Below are positions 16,552-27,291 of a stretch of DNA of 64,000 nt, in pieces. Below the pieces are notes generated by a model that saw only the letters and a list, made by a program, of their open reading frames with translations, was not told the DNA's origin and did no database searches. The position numbers and the translations under genes are program-made. The stretch spans positions 64,001-128,000 of the forward strand of contig JANZKC010000002.1 in NCBI GenBank assembly GCA_025061115.1, in the 5' to 3' direction. How positions within the stretch are numbered: the first letter of the stretch is position 1; each line of letters begins with the position of its first letter. The DNA comes from Candidatus Culexmicrobium cathedralense (lineage in GTDB: Archaea > Thermoproteota > Methanomethylicia > Culexarchaeales > Culexmicrobiaceae).

Positions 16552-19422
16552 CTACCAGAAACTTCTTCTCAAAGCATTTCTTTCCGCCTGCAATATCTTC
16601 TCGTAGAATGCATCAGAGGCAACTTTAAAACTCCGCAGTATAGGTTCAACATCACGTGCACGAAGGCGCCTTCCAGCGAGAGCTATTGCCGCAAGCTTCC
16701 CATACATTTCAATTAGGCTGGCTTGCCGTAAAGCTTCCTTCACTACATCTTCCTCCTCCCTACTTAGGCGCGAGCCCTTCTTCGCGCATATCCTTTGGAC
16801 AACCCGCTCATCCTCATTTAAAGCTGCAATTCTCCTTGATCCACACTTGGGGCATGAAGGATTTTCAGGCAAATCAAATATTCTAATGGGCTCCCACCAA
16901 TCCCAACAGTTGGTGCAAAGGAACACTCTAACCTCATTGAGCAGCCTAGCCTTTGCAGCTTCCACGAGTATTTTCCTCAATCTTTCAGGAGGAATCACTT
17001 CAGTTTTCCTGGATATTTTCTCCATCGCAATTCTAGAAATCGGAGTGAGCTCTACTGAATCTAGAAGGGCGAACTCTATTCTACCATCTTTAACAGCTTT
17101 AAGAAAAACCTCCAGGTCTTTAACGTCGATGTCGCGTAATAGAAATTCTTTAAGAGCTTCATCGTAGATGACCGTTCCCCTAAACATTTCAACGAGCCTT
17201 CTCAAGCTCAACGTTGAAACGTCTGCCCACTTTGCAAGTGCACCAAATCTCCTAGCAACATGCACAAGCCTCCTCTTAAATAGACCTGAGCGCTCAGCAA
17301 TCTTAATAGCTTCACTACTCAAATCCTTTTCAGCTAAGCGCCTAATGACCCTCTCGATCTCTTCTACCTTAATGGACTTGGAAGCGTGAATCACAATTCT
17401 ATAGGGGTCCTGCTGGACGCCGACAGCATGCCCAACCATCTCGGCAATCTCATCTGCAATTAACCTTGCTAAAGCCCTATTAGCCAGTGTTCCTAAATGG
17501 GCGTGAATTATTATGAAGTCCTCCCACTTTTCAATTACAACTCTCCTATCAGTTGGAACAGGAAGCTGCTTCTCCACATGCACTGCAACTTCCTTAATTG
17601 CCTCCTTCAAAGTATCAGGATCGCATGGATACTTTCTAAGAAGCTCATCAACAACTTGCTCGAGAGAAGCTCCATTAACAAGCCTATCCTCAACATACCC
17701 CCTTATCCAACCAACTTCCCGCGCAACTTCAAATGGAACGGGGATTTCCTCTCCAACCCAGCTTGGAATAGCCCCCGTGGGGTCGCTGTCAGGAGCTACA
17801 TAAACTTTATCGCCAACAACCTCCCTAATCTTCCAAAGGCTACCTCTAAAAATGAATTTCCTCCCCGGATCACCATACTCCGCGACGAAAACCTCATCAA
17901 GCACACCTATCGGCGTATTGTTAGTAACATCGATGACCAAGAACTGCTTAACGTCAGGTATCATTGAGAGCTCATCAAAGAAGTACTCATAAACAGCCCT
18001 CCTATTTCTCGGAGTCAATACAACTTTATCTTCAAATGAAGCCCACACCAATCTCGGATAGCGATTATGCATGTAGCTTAAAACCTTTACAAGATCATCC
18101 TCAGTCAAGTCCCTGTAAGGATACGCCTTACCGTAAAGTTCAAGTATTTGGCTGAAAGTCCATCTCCTTCTCTGCATGAGCAGAGCTACAATTTGATGAC
18201 ATAGCACGTCATAGGGCTTCTCCGGAACCATTATTGGCTCCAACTCCTCATTAAGAGCCTTCCTACAAATAACCAAAGCTTCGAGCGTGTCGTCGGGATC
18301 AGCAGTTATGATCACGCCCTTAGCCACCCTTCCAACTTTATGGCCAGCTCTACCAACTCTTTGAACCAACCTAGTTACCTGCCTAGGAGACATGTACTGT
18401 ATAACTAGGTCTATGTGGCCAACGTCAATTCCCAATTCGAGAGATGATGTGCAAACAAGCCCCTTAAGAGCACCATCTTTCAACCCTCTCTCAGCAGCTA
18501 TTCTAGAAGGCTTTGAAAGCGATCCATGGTGAACGCTTATTGGAAAATTCAAGTCCCAAACCTTAAATCTCGAAGCCAAAACTTCAGCTATGGCACGCGT
18601 ATTCACGAATAGCAGCGCCGACCTATGATCTTCAATTAACATCCTAATCAACCTAAGCCTCGTAGCAACTTCAGGGTGGGTGTAGAGCTTAGCAGCTAAC
18701 TCATAGTCTTCAGATACGGGTTTAGGATATACGACTTTAAGGCGCATCAGCCTAGAAACTGGAACCTTAACTATCTCAACCGGCCTGCCATTTCCAACCA
18801 GAAATTGAGCTACAACTTCAGGCGAGCCAATTGTAGCTGATAGCCCAATGACCTGGAAATCCCTGCCAGCAATGTACCTGAGCCTCTCAAGGCCAAGCGA
18901 AAGCTGAGATCCACGCTTATCCTCAGCCAATTCATGAACCTCATCAACGATAACCCATCTAACCTCCCCCAAGTGCCTCCTCATAACCCTCCCAGATAAA
19001 ATGGCCTGCAAAGTCTCCGGCGTAGTTATCAGTAGATCTGGTGGAGATCTAGCCTGAGAAGCCCTCTCAGACTGATCGGTGTCACCATGCCTAACTGCAA
19101 CCTTAATATCTAGCTTCTCACTCCACCACTCAAACCTCTCAAGCATATCCCTATTAAGAGCTCTTAGAGGAGTTATGTAGAGAATTTTAATTCCAGGAGG
19201 CTTAATCGGCATTTCAATGTACATGCTAAATACAGGCAGAAGAGCAGCTTCAGTCTTTCCAGTAGCTGTAGGAGCAATTAAAAGCACATTCTTACCCTGC
19301 AAAATGAGGGGGATGGCTTTATCCTGCGGCTCTGTGGGCTGCTTAAACCCCTTCTTAATCAATGCTTTCTGCACAGGCTTTGCAAGTAGCTGAAAAGCAC
19401 CTGCAAGCACTGATTCACTCAA
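16552..19422 (-). CDS. lhr: Lhr-family ATP-dependent helicase (intact)
   Basis: APTATGKTEA, PLRALNRD, DEVHEL, GLSAT, HHGSLS, QRVGRAGH, PSWVGE, C-terminal CTNC..CPKC. Confidence 0.93.
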   Translation of the reverse strand: MSESVLAGAFQLLAKPVQKALIKKGFKQPTEPQDKAIPLILQGKNVLLIAPTATGKTEAALLPVFSMYIEMPIKPPGIKILYITPLRALNRDMLERFEWWSEKLDIKVAVRHGDTDQSERASQARSPPDLLITTPETLQAILSGRVMRRHLGEVRWVIVDEVHELAEDKRGSQLSLGLERLRYIAGRDFQVIGLSATIGSPEVVAQFLVGNGRPVEIVKVPVSRLMRLKVVYPKPVSEDYELAAKLYTHPEVATRLRLIRMLIEDHRSALLFVNTRAIAEVLASRFKVWDLNFPISVHHGSLSKPSRIAAERGLKDGALKGLVCTSSLELGIDVGHIDLVIQYMSPRQVTRLVQRVGRAGHKVGRVAKGVIITADPDDTLEALVICRKALNEELEPIMVPEKPYDVLCHQIVALLMQRRRWTFSQILELYGKAYPYRDLTEDDLVKVLSYMHNRYPRLVWASFEDKVVLTPRNRRAVYEYFFDELSMIPDVKQFLVIDVTNNTPIGVLDEVFVAEYGDPGRKFIFRGSLWKIREVVGDKVYVAPDSDPTGAIPSWVGEEIPVPFEVAREVGWIRGYVEDRLVNGASLEQVVDELLRKYPCDPDTLKEAIKEVAVHVEKQLPVPTDRRVVIEKWEDFIIIHAHLGTLANRALARLIADEIAEMVGHAVGVQQDPYRIVIHASKSIKVEEIERVIRRLAEKDLSSEAIKIAERSGLFKRRLVHVARRFGALAKWADVSTLSLRRLVEMFRGTVIYDEALKEFLLRDIDVKDLEVFLKAVKDGRIEFALLDSVELTPISRIAMEKISRKTEVIPPERLRKILVEAAKARLLNEVRVFLCTNCWDWWEPIRIFDLPENPSCPKCGSRRIAALNEDERVVQRICAKKGSRLSREEEDVVKEALRQASLIEMYGKLAAIALAGRRLRARDVEPILRSFKVASDAFYEKILQAERNALRRSFW

Positions 19423-19505
19423 ATCTCTAACCTCTCCAATTAGTTGTTGATACTCAGAATCTTTAACTAAAAGACACTTAATTCTTTTTTGCCGGAAAGC
19501 CGCGT

Positions 19506-19661
19506 CTACTCCTTAACATAGATGGTGTATCCGCAGTACCCGCAGGCATGCCTATCACCGTGAAAAGCCATGACCCTACCGCACCTCGGACAAAGCTTTC
19601 TCTTCAAAGCAATTTTGCCAGTAGCATAGTCGTACTCGTAAAGCTTATGCCTGTTAGCCAT
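19506..19661 (-). CDS. rps27ae: 30S ribosomal protein S27ae (eS31); not in ORF track
   Basis: Manual translation MANRHKLYEYDYATGKIALKRKLCPRCGRVMAFHGDRHACGYCGYTIYVKE*; GGTGG SD upstream. Confidence 0.92.
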   Translation of the reverse strand: MANRHKLYEYDYATGKIALKRKLCPRCGRVMAFHGDRHACGYCGYTIYVKE

Positions 19662-19739
19662 CGCACATCCACCTTAGTATGCGTAGATAAAATTAAGCTT
19701 AAAAATCTTCCTCAAAATTGTGAGCTAGGAGGCTGAGAA

Positions 19740-20930
19740 TTGAGTAGGAGGCTGCTTGGAGGATTAACCCTCAACGTGATCCTTCTAGGATTAACTAGCT
19801 TCTTAACCGACGTAAGCACGGAAATGATACTTGCAGTACTCCCATTCTATGCAACTGAAGTTCTTGGAATAGAAATGGGCGCACTAGGCTTCATCGAGGG
19901 AGCGGCTGAAACCACAGCAAGCCTCCTCAAGGCAATTTCAGGAAAAATATCCGATAAATTTGAAAGAAGAAAGCCATTTGCAATTTTAGGATATGGAATC
20001 TCAGCTTTAATAAAGCCCCTATTCGGCTTAACTTCAACTTGGCAGCACGTGCTCAGCGTAAGAATAGCTGATAGAATAGGCAAGGGAATTAGAACGGCGC
20101 CCAGAGATGCGCTTCTAGCAAGCTCAGTTGAAGCAAAGGTGAGAGGCAGAGCCTTCGGGCTGCATAGGATGATGGACACGTTGGGAGCCATAACCGGCCC
20201 ACTAATATCACTAATAATGCTAAGCTACGGCTTCAACTACAGAACAATATTCTTCGCCACCATAATTCCAGGTCTAGCTGCAATAGCATTCCTAATTCCA
20301 GTTAAAGAGGCAGTACAGCGCAAGGAAAATGAAAGGCGAAGAAAACTTCCGGAACCAGCCGATTTAATAGCAATGGGAGGAGTGCTAACTTGGAAGTTCA
20401 TCATATTCATATTGGCAGTCACGCTATTCTCGCTAGGAAACTTCAGCTATGCCTTCTGGCTTCTAAGAGCAAGTGAAGCTGGAATACCAGCCGAAATAGT
20501 TCCACTATTCTACATGCTACATAACATAGCATACGCCCTATCAGCACTACCAGCAGGAGAACTCTCAGATAGAATTGGCAGAGAGAAAGTATTAGCACTA
20601 GGCTACACTGCATTTGCACTAGCATGCATTGGATTCACGCTTCCAAACACATTCGCAACAGCAGCACTACTACTCATACTCTACGGCGTCTTCAGAGCAG
20701 TGGCAGACACAGTTCAAAGAGCCATGGTTTCAGACCTAGCAAAGCGAAGAGAGCTCGGCACAGCATTCGGCGTATTACACATGGCAGTAGGACTAAGCGC
20801 CTTGCCATCAAGCACTGCAGCAGGACTTCTATGGAGCATTTACGGATCTTGGGCGGCATTCGCCTACGGCGCAGCACTAGCAATTGCATCGACAATCCTA
20901 ATACTAATTTGGACCAAAATGAGAGGCTAG
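19740..20930 (+). CDS. MFS transporter
   Basis: SGKISDKFERRK, DRIGKGIRTAPRDALL, GELSDRIGR; about 12 TM. Confidence 0.92.
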   Translation: MSRRLLGGLTLNVILLGLTSFLTDVSTEMILAVLPFYATEVLGIEMGALGFIEGAAETTASLLKAISGKISDKFERRKPFAILGYGISALIKPLFGLTSTWQHVLSVRIADRIGKGIRTAPRDALLASSVEAKVRGRAFGLHRMMDTLGAITGPLISLIMLSYGFNYRTIFFATIIPGLAAIAFLIPVKEAVQRKENERRRKLPEPADLIAMGGVLTWKFIIFILAVTLFSLGNFSYAFWLLRASEAGIPAEIVPLFYMLHNIAYALSALPAGELSDRIGREKVLALGYTAFALACIGFTLPNTFATAALLLILYGVFRAVADTVQRAMVSDLAKRRELGTAFGVLHMAVGLSALPSSTAAGLLWSIYGSWAAFAYGAALAIASTILILIWTKMRG

Positions 20931-21227
20931 CAGGAACCATAATAGGCAAGTTAAATACGCAATACCTATATTTTGGACAACCACATTTTCTTCAATAAAG
21001 CAGCTTGCCAACGTTATGACTCTCTGCGCAAAGCATCTTTAAGAAATAATGCAAATAACATTATTGGTAAAATCAAACTTAGGGGATTAGCCCGCACTCA
21101 TCCATCACTCTTCACGAATAATATTATAATTGAAATTAGGCTAACGGGCATTGTATTTCCAGCGGAAATTAAGTTTAATTTCCTGAAACCATAGTTCCAT
21201 TAAAGTATGATACAATGGCTATTGCAT

Positions 21228-21971
21228 TTAAAATGGTTTTCTTCCAACCATGCAGCCATAGCCTATGTAATCCTTGTATTCTTTAAAGATTCTCATGTAC
21301 TCGTACATTATTTTACGCATATCAGGGCGTATAAGAAGTTTACAAGCCATTTTTAGCATTCCTCTAAAGCCTAACTCTTTTCTAAAAGCCTTTTCTATGC
21401 CGGGTAATTCGTTGGAGAAATCAACTGCCTTAACTTCAACAAGGCCTCAGCCTCTCAAAAACTTTTCCCCTCTTCAAGGGTCATCATCTTTAAACCTCCC
21501 CAAACTCCGTACGCTTTCTCTTCTAGTTCCTTCGGCGGTTGCTTCTTCCATATCATTTCTAAATCACCGACATATCCACTGGGCTTTAAGACGCGAATAA
21601 ACTCACGAAAGCCCTCTCTTTATCCAACAGAATAGTTGTGCATTCTGCTATAACTATATCAAAACTTTCATCTTCAAATGATGGAACATGTGCATCTGCT
21701 ACTCTTAAACTAGCTTTCCCTCTAGACCTTTCTTCCTTGCTAGCTCTCTTGCATATTCAATCCTTCTCTCTGAAACATCTATTCCAATAACCTCGCAATC
21801 ATATTTCTGAGCTAGAAAACAGGCTGTTACTCCTTTGCCACAACCTATATCTAAAACTCTCATAACTTTCCCTATTTTGCACATTCTTGCCATTTCATCC
21901 ATCTTCTTTAAGCCTCCAGGATGCAGAACCTCTAAGCCACAAGAATACATGAACTCATCAGTATCAGCCAT
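21228..21971 (-). pseudogene. Class I SAM-dependent methyltransferase, frameshifted
   Basis: LHPGG, VLDIGCGKG; after the stop at 21705 shifted frames continue RVADAH..FEDESFDIVIAE, REFIRVLKPSGY, ..YIGYGCMVGRKPF*; at least three lesions. Confidence 0.8.
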
Positions 21972-22455
21972 TTACCCATCTTGCCCATACCTCCATACTC
22001 CCACCATAAAGGGATCTTATCCCTGCAAGATATACAGACATAATCATTACTGGGCTTACGCCAAGATAAATCCAGTTGAAGGGGTAAGTAAGTATATTTA
22101 TTCCGGAAATGATGACCACAAATACGATGTCTAAAAGCATGCTCAATCCACAGAAAGCCAAAGCTATTCCTACAATGAATCTAGTAGTTACCTTCCGCCC
22201 TACTTTCTTAAAATAAAGACTTGCCGAGATATAGTAGCTTGGAATGGCAGAAAAGTAAATAATTGCAGTACTCAAGTATATCGGAATTCTCCCCATTAAT
22301 ACTTCATAATTCGTTATGAATAGAATTCTATACACGAATAAAACCAAAAGTATGAGAGGAATTGCGATAACCCAAATCAATACATAACTAATTAAGAAAT
22401 ACTTAATTAAAATCAAGAAGTCATCAGCACCGATCATTTTAGGGCATCTCCCCAT
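21964..22455 (-). CDS. Hypothetical membrane protein
   Basis: 163-aa ORF with about four hydrophobic segments; overlaps the methyltransferase start. Confidence 0.6.
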   Translation of the reverse strand: MGRCPKMIGADDFLILIKYFLISYVLIWVIAIPLILLVLFVYRILFITNYEVLMGRIPIYLSTAIIYFSAIPSYYISASLYFKKVGRKVTTRFIVGIALAFCGLSMLLDIVFVVIISGINILTYPFNWIYLGVSPVMIMSVYLAGIRSLYGGSMEVWARWVNG

Positions 22456-22874
22456 GTTCTCGCTTAGAACCTACATCACTCATCCTCGCCATCTCCTAAG
22501 TCTTCAATCACAATGGTGAGTTTGCTTAACTAGAAATGCTAAACTATTAGATCAGCTTTTCACCAACTCAACAAATGTAGAAATAAGCTCCTTAGTCTTA
22601 AACAACACATACATAGAACGCATATATTTCCTCAGTTTAAGCTTAAGCCTTTGATGAGGTATAGTAACTAGGCAATCTGCTCATTTGCATCTGAGGAGAA
22701 CGGTATTAAGACACATGTATTACAGATCAGGATCGACCTAGTGATTTTATGGAAACTTTAATTGTTTTAGGTTCATGAGAGATTTTATCAGCACCAGAAA
22801 CCTTCATCATCAATCAGACAATCTAGCCATCATCACCAATTATTTAGAAATTCAAATCCCCCATATTTTTGTTA

Positions 22875-23612
22875 TTATTTACTTGAATTTATCCTTAAGA
22901 TGAAGCATGGAATTATTCCAAAGATTAAGCTTACCGATTCATCATGCATTATTTTTAGTAGCTCTTTTTCGCTTACATCTTTAAGGCATTTAATTAAGTC
23001 TAAGTACAAAAGCATTGGGTCTCCCTCATTTGAAACAACTCTCCAATATCTTTTAGCATCTCTATTTGCAAGCTTCTTCCTATTACTTAGCAATTCAATA
23101 AACTTTTCTTTTAGATTCGCTTCTTCACATGCTTTCAGAATTGCGGAGTATGCTTCAGTTGTTGTTTTTTCATGGAAATCTAAGATTGTATATCCCGCTA
23201 TCCTTAAGTGTCTCTTAATTTCTACCTCCGGAATTTTTCTGTTTGAAAGCACTTTTAATGTAGCTAGCTGCTCCAACTTTTTAGCTGACTTTGGAAATGT
23301 TATTAATGGAGTTACGTATGCTGATGCTAGTGCTAATGCCTCTACTATCACCTTATCGATCTTTGATTGTCTTGATATTAACTCCACTATTTCCTCGATG
23401 GCTTTTGATGGATAATAAAGCTCTATGAATGGCTTTTTACTAAATATGCTGTTTACTTCAGGGAGAACTTGAATTGATGGTGGCTTTCCAATGAATCTGT
23501 ATCTAAATCTCCTTGATAGCCACTTTAAACCTTCTAGCGGATTATCTTCTGGAGCAACATAAACTACTCCTTTGATATTCTTTAGTATTGAGATGAACCT
23601 TGGGTTTATCAT
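22875..23612 (-). CDS. Hypothetical protein
   Basis: 245-aa ORF starting 4 nt after the aminotransferase stop. Confidence 0.7.
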   Translation of the reverse strand: MINPRFISILKNIKGVVYVAPEDNPLEGLKWLSRRFRYRFIGKPPSIQVLPEVNSIFSKKPFIELYYPSKAIEEIVELISRQSKIDKVIVEALALASAYVTPLITFPKSAKKLEQLATLKVLSNRKIPEVEIKRHLRIAGYTILDFHEKTTTEAYSAILKACEEANLKEKFIELLSNRKKLANRDAKRYWRVVSNEGDPMLLYLDLIKCLKDVSEKELLKIMHDESVSLIFGIIPCFILRINSSK

Positions 23613-23615
23613 GGC

Positions 23616-24776
23616 TTACTCTGCGCTTTCATATGCTTTTTCAGCTGCCTTTAATGCTCCATTTACATCTACATTCGATCCCAATTTATTAAGCTCTTCA
23701 CCTACAACTTTAATGGTTTTAAGTATTAGACTTAACTTCGCCGTATTTGCCATGTGACCTATTCGAATTGCCTTATCCTTCAGTTTGCCTAATCCACTGC
23801 TTATCAGCATATTATGATTTTTAAGAAGCCTCCTTACTATGGTTGATGGCTTAACCTCCTCTGGAGTTAATGCTACTGTAACTGTGCTTGAAGCACAGTT
23901 ATCATCGGCTAGAATCTTGAAGCCAAGCATGTTAAGACCAGTTCTCGCGGCTTTAGCTACTTTCCTATGCCTCTTAAATCTCTTTTCCAATCCCTCTTCG
24001 AAGATTTCAAGAAGTGCTTCTCTTAAAGCCAATATTAGCGGTGATGGAAGAGTTGATGGGTATGGGTGGCTCGGCTCTTTCTCAGCATAATCTCTCCAAG
24101 TCTTAAGGTTTAAGTACCATGATGGCACGTTTGTTTTTCTATTCTCCAAATAATCCCAGAACTTTTCGCCTATAGCTATTGTCGTTATTCCAGCTACAGC
24201 TCCTAGGCACTTTTGAGGACCCACAAACGCGATATCTATGCTCCATTCATCCATGTTGAAGTCCATTCCACCAATCGAGGAAATTCCATCAACAACGTAT
24301 ATTAGGTCGTATTTTGATGCTAATTTTCCAAGTTTGGATACTGGATTAACTACTCCAGTTGATGAGTCACAATGAACTACTGCTAGAGCTCTAACCTTAT
24401 TATCCTCAGCTATTTTCTCCTCAACCTCTATTAAATCAATTTCTTCCCCCCAATTGAAATTGACGCACAGAACTTCTCCATAAATTTGAAATGTTTGTTG
24501 AAGTCTTTCGCCAGAGTAGCCGTTTGATGGAATTACTATTTTCATGCCTTCATCCATAACATTTATAGCGGAAAGCTCCACCGCTAAGCTTCCAGCTCCA
24601 GGTAGAATAAAAACTTCACCCTTCGTCTTGAAGAGCTACTTTAACATTTAAATTGTTTCATGGTAAATTGGCTTCCAGTTCTCGCCATAATGCGGAATTA
24701 CTGGACAACTCAAAGCCTTTAACACTCTATTAGATGCTTCAGTTGGACCTGGAATCATGAGCAGTGGTTTCCTCAT
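23616..24776 (-). pseudogene. Class V aminotransferase (serine-pyruvate/alanine-glyoxylate type) with two in-frame stops
   Basis: ATG 24776 gives MRKPLLMIPGPT...HETI*MLK*LFKTKGEVFILPGAGSLAVELS; TAA 24648-50, TAG 24636-38; downstream HCDSSTG, VDGISS, GPQKCL, IRIGHM. Confidence 0.85.
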
Positions 24777-24794
24777 GGTCCGCACCTTAATCCA

Positions 24795-26048
24795 TTACTT
24801 TATGTTTGATTTTAAATCTGCTTCAACCTTCTTTCGCCATAACCGATACTCCTTAATTGTTGATAGAGCGATTGCCATGATAATGTTGCTGAGCAGAAGT
24901 GCGCTTACCACTATACTTAGAATTATGTTTGCATTTTTAAGTCCATATTCCATAGGCATGATTCCAAGAACTGCTGCCGCGAGACCTCTTCCCATTGCGC
25001 ACGAAATAATTTTTCTCTCTTTGGTGAGCGCCGTGTGAATTGTAGTTGCAGTTATGGCAACGTATCTTACGGCGAATAGCATCGCTGTAATTGAAAGGCC
25101 GAGAATTATTTCCATTGGATCATCGAGAATGTAGTTTAAGCCTAAGAGAACGAAAAAGAAGGTCCTAACTAAAAAGGTGATTTCAGAGTGGAAGCGCCTA
25201 GTAAGCTCCTTTATCGGCCTCAGCTCTTTAACTCCTATCTTCAAGCCCAATATCGAAGATATTTTTTCGTCATTTCCAAGAACAAGGCCGAAAATTAGGG
25301 ACGCAAGAGCTCCACTTCCACCTATAAATTCAGCTAGAGAATATACTCCAATTAGCGCTGAAAGAGTGAACATATAGAAGTATTCCTCCTCTCTAAGAAA
25401 GTACACGACCAACAACCATAGAACTCCAATTCCAAATCCAGCCACTATTCCTGTTGAAAATTTTGATGTCAATCTAACAATTACCTCGCTCAGCGGAGTG
25501 CTAAGCCCCATGTACTCTAGGCATGACAGCGTAATTATAACTGAAAGCACATTCGTTAATGCAAGTTCAATAGTGAGTATTAGAAGCGCATCCTCCTCCA
25601 AAGGCATTTTCCTAATTAGGGTCATAAGAGTTACTGAACCGCTTCCACCAACAATTGCAGCTAGAATTAAGCTGTAAGCCCATCTAAAGTTTAGAGCATA
25701 CCTAGCAAAGAAAGTTATTATTATTACGCTTAAGGCGAAACTTAGAATTGATGGCGTCATAAGCGTTCTACCCTTCTCCAGAATTTTATCCAAGTCTATT
25801 CTCATACCGCTTTCAAATAGGAGCACTGCCAGTGCAAGCGAAGCCATGTAAGGTAGGATGGGCTGAATATCACTTACATTAATTAACTGTGCATAGGGTC
25901 CAATGAGTATGCCCAAAAATATTAGGAAAATGACATCAGGAATGCTTGTTTTCCTGAAAAGTAGGACCCCAAAGAATCCGAGAAGCATTATTATTGATGC
26001 CGTAAAAAATGCGAATAGTATGTCGTCCATACTTTTCACCGTCAACAC
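24795..26048 (-). CDS. Cation:proton antiporter (CPA1/NhaP-like)
   Basis: IPDVIFLIFLG, LFESG, RTFFFVLLG, RGLAAAVLG; many TM helices. Confidence 0.85.
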   Translation of the reverse strand: MLTVKSMDDILFAFFTASIIMLLGFFGVLLFRKTSIPDVIFLIFLGILIGPYAQLINVSDIQPILPYMASLALAVLLFESGMRIDLDKILEKGRTLMTPSILSFALSVIIITFFARYALNFRWAYSLILAAIVGGSGSVTLMTLIRKMPLEEDALLILTIELALTNVLSVIITLSCLEYMGLSTPLSEVIVRLTSKFSTGIVAGFGIGVLWLLVVYFLREEEYFYMFTLSALIGVYSLAEFIGGSGALASLIFGLVLGNDEKISSILGLKIGVKELRPIKELTRRFHSEITFLVRTFFFVLLGLNYILDDPMEIILGLSITAMLFAVRYVAITATTIHTALTKERKIISCAMGRGLAAAVLGIMPMEYGLKNANIILSIVVSALLLSNIIMAIALSTIKEYRLWRKKVEADLKSNIK

Positions 26049-26119
26049 TCTTATTTTGTTGTCATTAGAATTTAAAGTCTTATCAAATTAAGATCTTAAA
26101 ATTGTTGCTTTCCAGCAGC

Positions 26120-26509
26120 TTAGCCACCACTTAATTTTATAGACGACCTGTCAGCGTAATGCTTTTCAACTCTCCTCGCCTTTAGCTTTTCAGCTATATA
26201 GTTGAATGCCATTTCAGGGTCAGCTTTTTCACCGCAAGTATATACATCTACAGTTGCATAGGCATATTCGGTCCAAGTGTGAATAGAGATGTGGCTTTCA
26301 ACAACTAAGGCTATTACTGATACTCCCCCCTTTTCCCCACCGAACTTCCACGACTTTAAATCCCAAATAGTCATGTTGGCTAGCTCAGCTGCTTGAGTAA
26401 CTATTTCTCTTAGTTGCTGCTCATTTGCAAGTACTTCTTCATCGCAATCATACAGGTTTCCATAGACGTGCTTTCCAATAATGCCTCTACGACCCTCGGA
26501 CATTTCCAT
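26120..26509 (-). CDS. Pyruvoyl-dependent decarboxylase proenzyme (AdoMetDC class 1B family; probably the arginine decarboxylase paralog)
   Basis: ESHISIHTW self-cleavage site, DVYTCG, GKHVYGNLY, FGGEKGGVSV. Confidence 0.88.
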   Translation of the reverse strand: MEMSEGRRGIIGKHVYGNLYDCDEEVLANEQQLREIVTQAAELANMTIWDLKSWKFGGEKGGVSVIALVVESHISIHTWTEYAYATVDVYTCGEKADPEMAFNYIAEKLKARRVEKHYADRSSIKLSGG

Positions 26510-26538
26510 CGGAGACCGTCTTAAAGCTTGCTTAATAT

Positions 26539-27291
26539 TTAAATCTTACCTCGTATTTTCCTTCCAATTAATTCAGCCATTCTCCTTGCGTTACTAAGCA
26601 TGTCGTGATTGTTGTTGAAGAAAATATATATCCTATCAGCTTGTAGCTTGAGAACTTCCTCAGCGACCTCTATAAGCTCTTCATCTGAGTAATTGTGGGC
26701 GTACCAAGCTGTTCTGCCATGCATTCTCAGGTAGATGCTGCTCCCTGTCCCAGCGTAAAGTCTCATTTCAGGACTGTCAACTGAAACAAGCGTTACTTCA
26801 AAATCTCTACACCAATTAATCCACTTCTCGCAAACCCATTGCCTGTTTCTCCACTCCAAAGCGAATTTTTCACCTAGATTTACGCTCTTAATGAATTTTT
26901 CAAGTTTAGCGGTAAAATTCCTGGTTGGAATAGCTGTTGGGGGAAGCTGGAACAAGTAGAAATCTATTTTATCTCTGAGAGGCTCAAACAACCTTTCAAA
27001 TTTAATCCAAGTTTTAAGAGCTTTATCGCTGAACTTGTAAATGTGGGTTATCCACCTACTTACCTTAATGGACCACCTAAAGTTCGGCGGGCTTCTAAGC
27101 GCCCAGCTTTTAACTTGAGATGGAAATGGAAACCTGTAAAAGCTTGCATTTAGCTCGACAGCATTTAACTTGGAATTCCTGACATACCATTTAAATCCAT
27201 TTGGATTCCAGCTGTAAAGCCAGCCTGAAGTTCCTACGAAAAGCGAAGGAGTTCTGCCAACACTAAATTTTAATGCCGAATGCTTCTGCAA
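26539..27291 (-). CDS. DUF72 family protein
   Basis: VGTSGW, VELNASFYRFP, LFQLPP, ALEWR, YLRMHG, FFNN. Confidence 0.9.
   Translation of the reverse strand: MQKHSALKFSVGRTPSLFVGTSGWLYSWNPNGFKWYVRNSKLNAVELNASFYRFPFPSQVKSWALRSPPNFRWSIKVSRWITHIYKFSDKALKTWIKFERLFEPLRDKIDFYLFQLPPTAIPTRNFTAKLEKFIKSVNLGEKFALEWRNRQWVCEKWINWCRDFEVTLVSVDSPEMRLYAGTGSSIYLRMHGRTAWYAHNYSDEELIEVAEEVLKLQADRIYIFFNNNHDMLSNARRMAELIGRKIRGKI

Noticed and set aside
19548-19736. 62-aa + strand ORF
   Set aside because: Antisense shadow of rps27ae
22651-22694. C/D box sRNA (TGATGA...CTGA)
   Set aside because: Only 44 nt, with no convincing internal D'/C' boxes
24636-24650. Alternative genetic code or pyrrolysine
   Set aside because: TAA, TAG and TGA all end normal genes in this window; the in-frame stops are of three different types
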